From contig MU054187.1 of the NCBI GenBank assembly GCA_013239625.1, positions 22,571,280 through 22,635,279 on the forward strand: a DNA stretch of 64,000 nucleotides, given 5' to 3'. Origin of the DNA: Lama guanicoe. Its lineage: Eukaryota. The position numbers and the translations under genes are program-made. Positions 38,646 through 51,067 of this stretch are shown here, piece by piece (positions within the stretch are counted from its first letter, which is position 1; each line of letters opens with the position of its first letter). The notes beneath the pieces were generated by a model. It was not told where the DNA came from. It did not search any database and saw only the letters and a list, made by a program, of their open reading frames with translations.

Positions 38646-39282
38646 TGAGGCAGGAGGGAAGGGGGCAGGGCACAGCCACTCGAGGAATGGCAGCAATTAA
38701 GACCAAAATGGTGGAAGATTCAATAACCAGTTGGCCTTGAGGATTAAGCTGGCCGGAGGTTTGACTTCTAGTAGACTTTGAGCTTCATTATATGCTCATT
38801 GTAACATTAGCATGGTAAATAACATGCCCGCAGGCACCATGATGGCGCCAAGGCTAACCGCAAAAGGCCAAAGAATGGGCGGTGGCCCGGTTCCTGGGAA
38901 TCCCAGCCCCTTCCCCAGGGTCCCACCTGCGGGCTACCGAGCCCATAAAAAACTAGCAACATAGCGCTTGGTGGCCGCCTCTCGCTCCCTCCTCTTTGGA
39001 GGCGGCCTGCACTCTGTCTGTGGAGTGTCTACTTACTTTTACTCTAATCTGAGCATCCAACCCCCACACCTCATGGCCTTTCTCTTGCCTTCTGAAACAG
39101 CTTACACTCTATGCAGTATGTAGCTCTCTAAATAAATCTACCTTTATTCAACTGGGGCTCGCTCTTGAATTCTTTCCTGCGAGAAGCCAAGGACCCACAC
39201 TTTGGTGGGGCACATCCCAGGGGTTCAACCGAGACCTGGGACACGGCCCTCCTCACGCCCCACATCTGTTTTTCCTGCCTCA
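38646..39282 (+). mobile_element. ERV1-class solo LTR (637 bp), antisense in a CNGB3 intron
   Basis: 10-bp terminal inverted repeats TGAGGCAGGA/TCCTGCCTCA, TSD cctg/tctg, CATAAAA at 38944, AATAAA at 39131-39136. Confidence 0.9.
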
Positions 39283-39554
39283 TCTGGACATCTTGATGCA
39301 GAGTGCAACTGTCACTGTCATGCGCAGTAGTCCTGGTGCTTATGATTTAGCGGGGAAGGAAGACACTGAAGAATGAATGCACCAGTGAGTGTATAATTAC
39401 AAAGGTAAGTGTTCCAAAAGGAGGGAATGTAGTCCAACCAGAGCAGGTAGCAAGGAGACCTGGGAGGCCCCTACAGTGGAGAATAAAGCAAGTCCTGAAA
39501 GACGCTGAGATGAGGTGAAAGGGGTGGGAAATGTAACCCAGCAGAAACTCCCTG

Positions 39555-40125
39555 CTGCTTCATGGAAAACAGTGAGGAGATGCCTCAAAAAATTAAGAAT
39601 AGAATCACCATATGATCCAGCTCTTTCACTTCTGTACCTGCATCCAAAGAACACAAAAACACAAATTTGAAAAGATATACGCACGCCTCTGTTCACTGCA
39701 GCATTATTTCCAATAGCCAAGACACAGAAGCCACTGAAGTGCCCGATGCTGAATGAATGGATAAAGCAGCTGTGGTGCAGATAAATATCGAGGTTCTGTG
39801 CTGAGTGAAATAAGCCAGAAGGAGAAAGACAAATACCATGTATTTTCATTCATATGTGGAAATATAAAAAACCAAGCAAAATAAATGAACAAACCAAGCC
39901 AAACCAACAAACAAAAAAACAGATACAGAGGACAAGAGTAGTGATTACTGGAGCGGAAGCGGGGTTAGGGAGGGCAAAATGCGTAAAGGGGATCAACTCT
40001 ATGGTGACAAATGGAAACCAAACTTCTGGCGGTGAGCACGTTACAGTGTATACAGAAGTCGAGATGGAATGTATACATGAAACATACACAATGTTATAAA
40101 CAAATGTTACCTAAAAAAACTTTTA
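39555..40125 (+). mobile_element. L1 ORF2 end and 3' UTR fragment
   Basis: atggaaaacagt...ctgagtgaaataagccag...gagaaagacaaataccat. Confidence 0.85.
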
Positions 40126-40666
40126 TTCCAAAATTAGGAAAAACCCCAACTCCCCATGGCTGGATGGCATTCCAGGAACTGCAGTATGGGTTAGAGACAG
40201 CCAGCAGAGTGGGGTGCAGTCTGAAGTAGAGAGGTAGGCAGGGGCTAGACTCTGCAGGATCTTGGAAGTCATGACGAGGACTTCGACCTTACTTCTAAGC
40301 ACGGTGTGGAAGCATTGTCTGGTTTTAAGAAGGAGGGCAGTGACATGATCTTGTGTATGATTCCAAAGGATCCCTGCAGCTACAGGGTAGAGGCTGGATT
40401 ATGAGGGTGTGGTCCTGGGCGTGGGAGACTTGAAGTAGGCCACTGCAGCTGTGCAGCGAGTGATGGACATGGTTTGGACAAAGGTGTGGGCAGTGGAGAA
40501 GGTAAGGTGCAAATGATCAGGGTCACACTTTGGAGGTAAAACTGATAGGTCTTTAGAGGTGGACTGGCCATGTAGTGTGGGTCAAGAGCATGTCAAGCAG
40601 GCTTTTTCTGTATTTTTTTTCTCCCCCAGTAGAATTTCAAAGGTAACAGTGTAAAGAGCTTGGTAT

Positions 40667-41142
40667 CACATTAATTTCTTAGGGCTGTTATAACAAATTA
40701 CTAAAACCAGTGACTCCTAACAACAGAAATTTATTCTCTCATGATTCTGGAGGCCAGATGTCCAAAATCAAGATATTGGCAGGGCTGTGCCCCCACCAAG
40801 GCCTCTAGGAAAGAATCCTTTCTTGCTTCCTCCAGCTTCTGGTGGCCCCAGGAGTTTCTTGGCTGTGGCCCCTTAACCCTCATTTCTGCCTCAGTCTTCA
40901 CACAGCCCTCCCCCCTTCCCCCTGTGTTCGTGTGTCTTCTCTTCTTCTGTCTCATGTAAGGACACTTGTTGTTGGATTTAGGGCCCATCCAAGAAGATCC
41001 AGAATGAGCTCATCTCGAAATCCTTACTTCTATCTGCAAAGACTCTTTTTCATTTTTATTTTTTCCAAATAAGATCACATTCCCAGGTTCCAAGGCTTAG
41101 GGCAAAGGGCATCTTTGTGGGGGTCAGCATTCAACCCACTAC
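40667..41142 (-). mobile_element. MLT1-type MaLR LTR
   Basis: agggctgttataacaaattac...attcaacccactaca. Confidence 0.8.
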
Positions 41143-43229
41143 AGACATCACGCGAATAGTCCTTTACACAACCCCCCGTGCTGGCCACCAGGACTGAACT
41201 TTGTGCCCACACATTGTCTGCACACATTAGTGTCTCCACATGTCTCTTGAGAAGTGAGGACCATCTGCCTTCAGTTCCCAGATAACCTCAAGCTACTGCT
41301 AAGTCTGACGGACTGGTCCTTGTGAAGCCTCAGCCCTTTATAACATCCCGCGTCTCCTCCACCGCTGAATGCAATCCACACGCTTCATCACCAGGCACTG
41401 GAATCACGTGTTTCCTTGCCTCTTACTTGTCAGGCCCTTGAGGGAAGTGGCTGCTTCCTGTTCACCACGTCAGGCACGGCCTTCTTTGAAGCACTTCAGG
41501 TCATGCTGTAAGGGGTCCTGAATATAATTTTCTGTTGTTTTTATCAAACCACAATTACATACTTAATTAGGCCTCATAGCACCTGCAAATTATTTTTGAA
41601 TGAAGGCAGAAGGTCGACGAAAATCGACACTCGTGTAGTTTCTATGTAGCTGCTGGTGACATAAATGTGAAAAGTTCTAGTTTTTGCATCTTAATAGCTT
41701 AGTCTGTCGAGATCCATTTGAACAGATTAGTTATAAATTAGTGGTAAATACTGTTGCAAAGTCATGGATGAACTATTACGGAAGAACAGCACAGGGAGCA
41801 GCTAGCTGTTGGGGGGATGGTTAGAGATGGCTTCAGAGAGGTGACATTTAAACTGAAGTCTCGAAGGGTGAGTGGGTATTTTCTGGGGGGGAGGACATTC
41901 CAAAGAGAGAGAAAACCAGGAGGGATTCCTCTTGAAATCAGAATAGCATACAAGGGTAAAAATTCAGATGCATTTCAAGAAAAGTGGGATTTTAACAGAT
42001 GCCGCAGGGAGAGGCAGTGGTTAAACACAGTCGATGAGTAAGACTTGGCAATAAATGTATTTGGAAGGACAACAGTGGAGTCAGAACGACGACGAGGCCA
42101 TTCCTCGGCAGACCCTGGGTCTCTCTATTAAAAATGGAGCGTTCGCACTCTTCAGATGTTAATCGGAAATGTGGTCTGGGTTTTCTCCGTGACAGGCTGT
42201 AAAAGCTTTATTTTAGTCAGGGCTTTGCTCTTTTGGGTTGATGTATAACGTCCTTGAAAGCCCTCAGTCCTTTTCTTTCTTAATTGTAAAAAAAAAGAAT
42301 GTTCTTTAAAAAGCTGCAGGATCGTGCTGGATTTAGCTCCTTTTAACAAAGGTCACGGCATTTTTGAGTAGGAAACCATGATTACTAGATCTTTCCAGTA
42401 TCTAGATGTTTGGCAGGCATCCCTCAATTGCTGAAATACATAGCTCGAACTCCAGGGGCGTATGACAGCTGTGAAGCCTGGGGGTATCTGGGAAGAGGCA
42501 GACACATCCTATTTCTCCTCAACCACAGCCAAGAAGAGAATTGAGGCAAAAAAACTCCCTTTTGCTTGAATCAACCAGATTACTGAGCAAATTTAGAGCT
42601 TGTCTGGTCTACTGGTTTCAATTTGGCCTTAGAAACCAAATGGGTAACAGGAGATTTATTTGAGAAACCGCTGTCAAGAATGGAAAGATGCCTTTCAGTT
42701 GCAGCTCCGCGGCACCTGGATTCTATTCCTAGGTTATTTCCTCCTGTGATAGTAACACCAGCAATTAACATACTTGTATTTATAAAGCTTGGTTCTTTAG
42801 GGAGCACTCAGCCCTTGGGAGAGGTCAGTTAATTAAAATCTGCAATGTTTTAGATTAGACTTGCATATATTGTGACTTTGAAGATTATAGTGATTATTAA
42901 GTCACTCAAATATTAAATCACTTTTGCAAGGACTCCCAGTAAGGAAGCAATAGAAAATGGTCAAAGAACACCCAGGTCTGGACATTCTGAGATGTGTTTC
43001 CACCACTGCCCCAGGGCAGAACCCTCACAGGAGAGCCCATCCAGCTTTAAGCAAGGAGGGGGGAAAAAAAAGAAGCCACATTGTCAGCAGAAAAATAAGT
43101 CTTTAATCCTCTATGGAAATGCTAATTATGCTAATATGAAGTCATCTGAAATTATTCGCCTCTCTGGAACCCTGAAGATAACTTCTTAGCAGGTCTGACA
43201 TCAGGGGTTGGATGAACACCTTTCTTCTG

Positions 43230-44700
43230 TGGAGTGGTAGAAAGATCACTGGACACTGAGCCATGAAACGCATGTTTGAATGTTATCCCTTCCACTTATT
43301 AGCTATGTTATCCTGGGCAAGATAATTGACACCTTGGAACTGCAATTTTCCTACTTGTGAAATGGATATGTTAACAGCGCACTCGTCTCTTCACCTTAAG
43401 AGCCAACAGCCTAGTTCAAGACTCCATCATCTTTCACCTGAACCACGGCCAGTGACTTATAACTGATCTCTGTTTTATTCTTGCTCCTCTACTGCCTCGT
43501 CTCCACGGAGCTGTTGGAGTGGTCTTTTAATAGCATGATTCAAATTGTATCATCCTTTTGCCCCAATCCTCCACTGGCATCCATTGGTATTCAGAATAAA
43601 ATACAAATTTCTTACCGCGACCTGAAACACCTGTGTAATCTGGTCCTTGCTCACCTCTTTGGCCTCGTTTCCTGTCAGTGCCCCGTATTCACCGAGCTCC
43701 AGCCGTACTGACCTCTGTGTCTTTCAACCTTGCTTACCGCTGGGCCTCTGCACTCGCTTTTCCATCATCTGAGAGGCCCCTCCCCCATTTCCGGTTGGCT
43801 GCTCCATTTCCTCTCTCAAGTCTCATTTGGAATATTATCCGTCCAGAGAGGTTGTCCCTGGCCACTGCATGTCAGGTAGCATCTCCAGTCACTTTCTTAA
43901 CAATCTGTAGCTCCATAGCAGTTACTACAATGCAGATTTATCTTGTCTAGTTAATTGCTTACTTATTGTCAGGTTTTGCCCACAAGACTGTAAGCTCTTG
44001 CTTCTGTCTTCACAGTATATCCCAAAGTTTACAGCAATACCTGAAATCTAGCATGTTCCAGGCACTTGATACACGTCTAATGAATGAACACATAATATGT
44101 TTAAATACGATAATGCATATGAAATGTTTCACCCACAAAATGCTTACATTTGCCGTCTGTAGTGTTGGACCTCTACACTCGCGAGCTGTGTATTTGCATA
44201 CGGGTTGTATAATCGGGTTGATTGAATTCTGAGCTTGTTGAATCCTGGGATGTGGAACCCTCAGATGAGGAACCCACAGACACGAAGGGTCGACTGTATT
44301 ATGCCATTTCACATAAGGGCCTTCAGCACTGGTGAATTTTGGTGTCAGAGGGGGCCCAGGAAGCATTTCCCTGCAGATACTAAGGGATGACTGTGATCTT
44401 ACTCTTGGGAATTGACTTGTAGGATAAACGTCTCCCACTACTGGCCAACAGGAAATAGTAATAACAATGGTTCATACCTACTGAGCTCTCAATAGATGTT
44501 GGACATTGTTCTAAGTGCTTTTAATGAATTTACTCACTTACCAACCCTCCAAGATATGCACTATTGTTATTCTAATTATTAAGATGAGGAAACTGAGGAA
44601 CAGAGGGGTCAAGTGACAGAGGAACAAAGCTAGCAAGTGGCGGTACTGGGATGTGGACTCAGGCAATTTGGTTCCACCACAATAATCATCACTCACCTAT
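43230..44700. mobile_element. Cluster of MIR, L2 and Tigger-like relics
   Basis: MIR core gatgaggaaactgagg; L2-like 3' end ttaatgaatgaa-type motif; Tigger4/MER46-like end gatactaagggatgactgt. Confidence 0.55.
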
Positions 44701-45045
44701 GCGAAACCACTGTCTTAGCTGGCATTCAAGTTTTCCAACAATTTGACAACTAACTCTCCCAGTCTCTTCTTTCATCATTCACTCACTCACATAGTCATTC
44801 AACATATATTGAGCACCTTCTGCCAGGCACTGACCTAAATCCTGCGCCTACAGGGCTGAGGGAGCTAGGTCTTTGGGGGAAGGGAAGGGGTGAGTAGAAA
44901 TGAGAAAATCCTTATTTTACCAATGCTGTCAGTACAATCAAACCATTGATAAATTTGGGCAGCAACTCTACTTATTTTATGACCTAAGATTTTTCTTTTA
45001 TGACAAATGACAGACTTCAGTATTTACCAGGTGTCTTTCAGTTAC

Positions 45046-45164
45046 CTGATTTCTCCAAACACTGCCCCAGCCTTCAGAGTAACCAGAACTTGAGCACCGT
45101 CGGCGCCTCCGAGAACTTGGACTTCTCCTTGCTTGATGATGTACATTTCCTTGCCAATTTCTCC
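45046..45164 (-). CDS. CNGB3: CNGB3 coding exon (119 bp; [40 protein letters not shown])
   Basis: CNBD motifs [10 protein letters not shown] and FGEIS; cctag/gtaact splice sites. Confidence 0.97.
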
Positions 45165-45651
45165 CTAGGTGCCAGATGGAAAGAGGAAATGGCAATTATC
45201 TCCCAAAGTAAGAAATGTAAGCTCTTCCAGAGAAATAAGTATAAATGAAGAAAGCAAAGAACGCCAGAGTAAAAGTAATTATCTCAAGACCCGAGGCAAT
45301 TATGGACAGCTGGACGCATCATGTGAAAGGAAATTATTAGGAAAGTGCTCCTCTCTGCCATGTCAGCACTGCAGGCCATCACTGGACAGGTGCAAATATT
45401 TCTGTCATATCAGCACGTTGTGTCAGGAATGCGCATGGGCAGAGGAAATAACAAATTGTAAGCATGGTCACCTTGGCTTAGGTGACCGCTGCTATGCCTT
45501 GAGGAAGTTGCTTGGTTTATCCAAAGAGCATGAGTTACAGTCATTCAGAAGTCAACTCTACTCTTCTGCCTAGAGCACTGAGGTCTGATTTTAGTAACTG
45601 GGGCATAGGAGACTGTTAAGCTATTATTCTTGCTCCATTTTGAGAGGAAAG

Positions 45652-46214
45652 TGTTAATGCAGCAGGTTGTTTTACTCAGTTTTTGCTTATCTCTGGGGAC
45701 TCAGGAACCAGGGCAATGACCCTTGTTCAAGCCCTAAGAACTAAACTCCTGGGTTGTTTACACAGCCACTGGTTAATGATGTTATTCTGTATGCCTCAGG
45801 CAGTGTGGCTGGATGTGCCAGGCTGTCAACACTGTTTAATGTAAACACCAAGATTTATGATGTGCGCTTGGTATCTGGTTTGGAATCTGAACCATGGCTG
45901 GGCATGCAGCTATGTGACCAGCCCCATTTAAGGACTCTGGACCCCAAGACTTAGATGAGCTTTCTGAAGTGGAGATATTTTGCCCTTGTCTCCATGGTCC
46001 ACAGTGGGAGATAAAAATGCATCCATGGGACCCTCTCAGAAGTGGACCTAGGAAGCCTGCACCTAATTTCTCTAGTCTTCGCCTGTGCATTCCTTTTTCT
46101 TTCTGTTCCTGCACTGTATGCTTTGCTATACTAAATCTTAAGTGATGAATATGACTTTATGTTGAGTCATGCAAATCACCAAACTAACAGGTAGTTGGGG
46201 GACCCTGGGAACAC
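45652..46214 (+). mobile_element. MER21-like LTR
   Basis: ctatgtgaccagcccc...ggacctaggaagcctgcacct...ttggggaccctgggaaca. Confidence 0.55.
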
Positions 46215-48829
46215 ATGTTCTCACTCCAGGATCCAAAAAGAATAAATATTACAAGAGATCTAAATGGCACTTGGGTCAAGAAAAACTGTGTGTAGCTCTA
46301 AATAAGCCAGTTTATATTATTATTATTATTATTATTAGGCAAACTGTCCTTGGATAACAGTACCTTCATGTCTTAGTGAGTTGAGTCTTGATCACTTTGA
46401 ACTATAAAAAAATAGCATGAATGCAATAAATTCTCTTATATGTGGTTCAGGAGAGGACTGGGTTGAGTTCGTCACGTATTCTCGTTAACCATACTTTCAA
46501 AGGATCAGAATACACTAAAATTAATTTAGGATTAAACACCGTTGATTATAGTTCAGTGATGGCTGCCACAATGGCTGCTTGGTTTCAGAGCTGAGCATAG
46601 GGATTATGACAGGGGCACCCATTTATGAATGATTTATAATTTAATCATTCTCTGGGAAGTTTTGAAGTCCTTTAATACCAAGGGTTATTTTCCTAAACAT
46701 TAATTATTATCATATGACAACTTTTAGGTTAAATTTAAAGTTTTCAGATCACCTCTTGGTTAACATCTGTGACACTGAAATTCTCATTTTATCTCCCCAT
46801 GGCCTTTATCAGGGAATTAGAGTAAGTATTATTATGTCCATTCTACAGAATGAAAAATAAAGGCACAGATTGGCTAACTAGTCAATATTTGGCTGAGTAA
46901 CCAATGCCCCATGACACTCATTAGAAGCCAAAAGAAAGACAGAATGCACATCTCCTAAGTAAGCAATGCAAAAAGTATATTTAAATTTTACATCGTGCAG
47001 ACTATTCAACGTATGTTTATTCTCAAACATAGATCTAAGTAGAAATTCCAATGCAGATGGGTGCGATTATAGTTATCTCTGTAAAATCAACGCTAATACA
47101 TCTTGCATTTGCAAAGTACTTTAAAAAATATTAATATCTGATTTCACATTTCTCCTAATTTTAATGTCTGTGTTTGTTCCATGAGAACATGTTACTTTTT
47201 GGTTGTAAAACATTTTTATAAATACGAACTTATTTAATTCTTGCAAAATTCCCAGTGAAGTCAAATGGGAAAGATATTATTATTCTTATTTAAGCATTGG
47301 TAGCGGAGGCTTGAAAAGTTAAGTGTCTTAAGCAAACTTACAAGGCTGCAGATGATAGCAGTCAGAACTAGCAATACCTATGTTGCCGGACTATATAATT
47401 TTTATGTACAAATAGACCGTATCTAATGATGAATCCAATATCAAGACTGATCGCTCTAAAGCCAATAAAATAGCTGTGAATTATTTGAAAAATAAAGGAA
47501 AGTGTCTGCAAATTAGTTTTCCAAGAGATACTCTAGGAAGTAATGATTAGGACAGGGTCATAGTCCTTAATTCTTGCATGAAGTAATTCTCAAGGAACTG
47601 GAATGATTTTTCAAAGGCAGTTATTACAACTGACTGGAGGTAGAAGTCCATAATGGGTGCTTAAATATAGTTCGGCACTTTTAATTATTTTTTAATGATC
47701 ATTTCAGTAATTTTCCAAGGAGATCTGGCATAATCACCGAACCAAAACTTCCACTATTTCTTGCATATTTCTAGGCTAATTTAAGACTTTCCTGCAAGTT
47801 TAATTAGCGTTCAGATGAAGTAGGCATTCCCTAGAGGGCAGGGCCTGCCAGCATGTGCAAAATAAGATCAAACCAAGCTCTTCGGTTGGTTTATGTGCTA
47901 ATTTGGAGAAAGTGTAGAAATGCAAGCATTTTATGTGCAATGGGGTAACCCTTAGAGTACTTCAGATTTATGGGGGTCCAGTGTAGAAGGCTTTTTCCAA
48001 GGCTCGTGGGGGCATCACGACACTCACATTAATTCTTGCAAATTAATCCTGGGTAAATTCCCCACTACTCTTTGAAACAGTCCAAGCTACCAAGATACCC
48101 ACTCAGTTAAGTTTAGGAGCCATTTCAAGGATTGAGTTAGGTCAGCAAACTCGGTCTCTAGCCCTGCCATTTCTGCAATTATTTAGACAACTTCCAATGG
48201 GAAATGTTCTTTTTTTTTTTTCCTTCCCCTTTCCTACAAGGATTTGTGGAAATGATAAAGCAAAAACCCAAAGCTGAATTCAGCTGTCTAAAATCTGGTC
48301 AAGTAACAACTTTTCATCTCTGTCCACGTCTACTATTAATTAAATCCCTTCTCAAAAACAGAAACGAGGGAATGTGGTTTGGAGTCTCGTGGCTTTTCGT
48401 TTCTGCTCCTCCCCTGCTGCTGCTGCTTCTTTTTCTCTCTCTTTTGGGTTCACTGCTCTGGTTTTATTATTGAGTGACGAATGTGATGTGAGGAAGAAAT
48501 TAGCAATGAGAAGGCTGCATCCACTCTGCGTTTCACACTTTGTTAAGCAAATTTTCCTTGCTTGAGGGCACAGATCCTAACGCCTCTGTGAGTTATCTCA
48601 GTTTTCAGCCCTAGCTGCTATTGGAGCAAGCTGAAAGGCCATTTTGGTGCATTAAGGCTGTGTCATTCCAAATGCATCACTGCCCTAAAGGGGTCCTTAA
48701 ACTGCATAGTGGTTTGTTGTTTCCCATTTTGATGGAAATGATTTCATATCACCGATCTGTCTACTTTTAATCTGGGCTAATTTGTAGGGGATTGTATATT
48801 CTTGGTTTCTATTGTATCACAATCTCTCC

Positions 48830-49730
48830 TCCATTTTTCCTTTTTTTCACTTCTGATGGTTGCTTCTCCGTCGCTCTCTCTGGTGGTTCTTCAGTGACCT
48901 CCTGCATAAATACTGGTATTCTTCAGAGTTACAGCCTTGATCTTCTTCTTTTACCTCTTTTTCAGCTTTTTATGCAGGCAGTTTCCATTATAAACCAGTT
49001 CCCAAAGATTTACCTCCAGTTCTAACCTCTCTCATGGACTAGACTGACACCCACCTCCTCACTAAGTATCTCCACCTGGATGCCTTGAAGTCCTTCACTC
49101 TGTTAGAGTTTGTCTTCCATCATTATCCCAGATGATCATTTTCCTCCAATTCTTGAATATGTCCAGCTCTGTCCTACCTCATGGCTCCAAGTCTTCATCT
49201 AAAATACTGTCCTCTCCACTTTTTTTTTTTTGACAGAAAAACTATTTCTCTGTAGTTTCACAAAGATCATGCTTCACAACCCAACAATCTGCCCCCTTCG
49301 GAGCCCCCTATCTAAATATAAGTGCCTTTGCCACCACACACGCCCCTACAAAATTCTGTTTTCCCTTTATAGAAGTTAGCACATTTTGGAGTTAGGCATT
49401 TATTTAATTTCATTTATTTATTGTTTGACTCTTCCATCAGCTCAGTGATATCCAACTTTGGCTGCATTTTAGAATCATCTGGGAGCTTTTGAAGAATATT
49501 GATATGTGGGCTCCACCCAGACCAATTGAATTGCTAGGGATGGAGCCCAGACTTCCAAATTCAGGTGATTCTGATGTACACTGTGAATTGAATACCCTGG
49601 CACTAGACTGTAAGCCCCTGGAGGAGGAGAGCCATCCTTTTTTTGCTCACTGCTGATTATGTCCAATACCCAGCACAGTGCGTGGCCCATAGCATTTCAA
49701 AATTATTTATTGAGTTTCATGGAATAAATG
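48830..49730. mobile_element. L2 fragments with an inserted MER5-like element
   Basis: tatctccacctggatg; ctttggctgcattttagaatcatctgggagcttt; tagactgtaagcccctggagg. Confidence 0.55.
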
Positions 49731-50956
49731 ATGCTTAAGTTTTCTAACTTTTGAATTATTGTAGTTCTGTGCATTCCTTCTGAAGACACAATTGCTTCCT
49801 TTCTGCCTTAGCTCATGCTAATTCGTTCCTCTATCTGGAATGCCTGTTTCTTCTTCCTCTTGGTTCATGCTGAATCATTTTTAAAGACTTAGCTTGAATA
49901 GCATCTTCTCCAGGAAATCTTGCCAGTATCCCAGTGCAGAAGTGTCCTTGCTCCATGTCCTTCCACTTTACTTCTACCATAACCCTTAACAGTTTATTTT
50001 GGAATGACATCAGTGCTTCTAACCCTCACTCGCGTGTGAACTCCCCAGGGTTTTGGATCATCTCTCATTTCTCTGACCTGCTCATCTTTCTCTATTTTTT
50101 ATTTTGATTATTGACTTCATTATTGATCTAATATCTCAAGAGATAAAACCCAAGGTTTTATGTATTCCTTCTCTCCCTCCTTAAGTTAGCCATCAGAGAT
50201 GTGCAAAAATGTTCACTTTAGAGTTGTTTATAATTTTTTCACTTTAAAGTTTGTTTATAAGGAAACATTTGGAAATGGGTTAGGTTATATACATAGACTG
50301 GAATACTATGCAGTGTTGAAAAAGGAGGTTTTAGAAGATGACTTAATAATATGTAAAATTTTCATATGATATATTGTGGCATGACAAAACAAGTTTCAAA
50401 CATAAATACAGTATGATGCCAACTTCATAAAATAAGCTCCAACTACCCATTAATCAGAAAAAGATAGGTTGAAATAAATTAATGGTAGTTATTTCTGGAT
50501 GGTGGAATTTTTGTCAGTCCTTTTATGTGTTTCCCATTTAAAAACACAATGAACATGTATTACTTTTGTAGTCATAAAAAGTACAGTAAATTTTTTAAAA
50601 ATGTGGCATTGATTATCCACTGGCTGGGTGAGCTGAATGGAAATAACTGATAGTTTGCCGAAGACATTAAAAGGACGGATCTATCTTTCACTTTCCTCCA
50701 CTTTAAATATTTGGAATTAATGGGGTGTGATGACTGATGATTTACATTTACACAAGGCAACTTTTCAGACCACCCACACTTATATCCTATCAGTAATGAA
50801 AGCCATACTGTCTGGTTCCGTTTTGAAATCTGAGAATGCATTATTGTCTTACAGAATTGTATCTCATGATTATTTCTATGCCATGGAATTCACCAACAAA
50901 TAGTTTGTTTAAACTACTCTCTGATGTCTGAACTCCTCAGGTGTATCTACTAGTTA

Positions 50957-51067
<111 letters not shown>

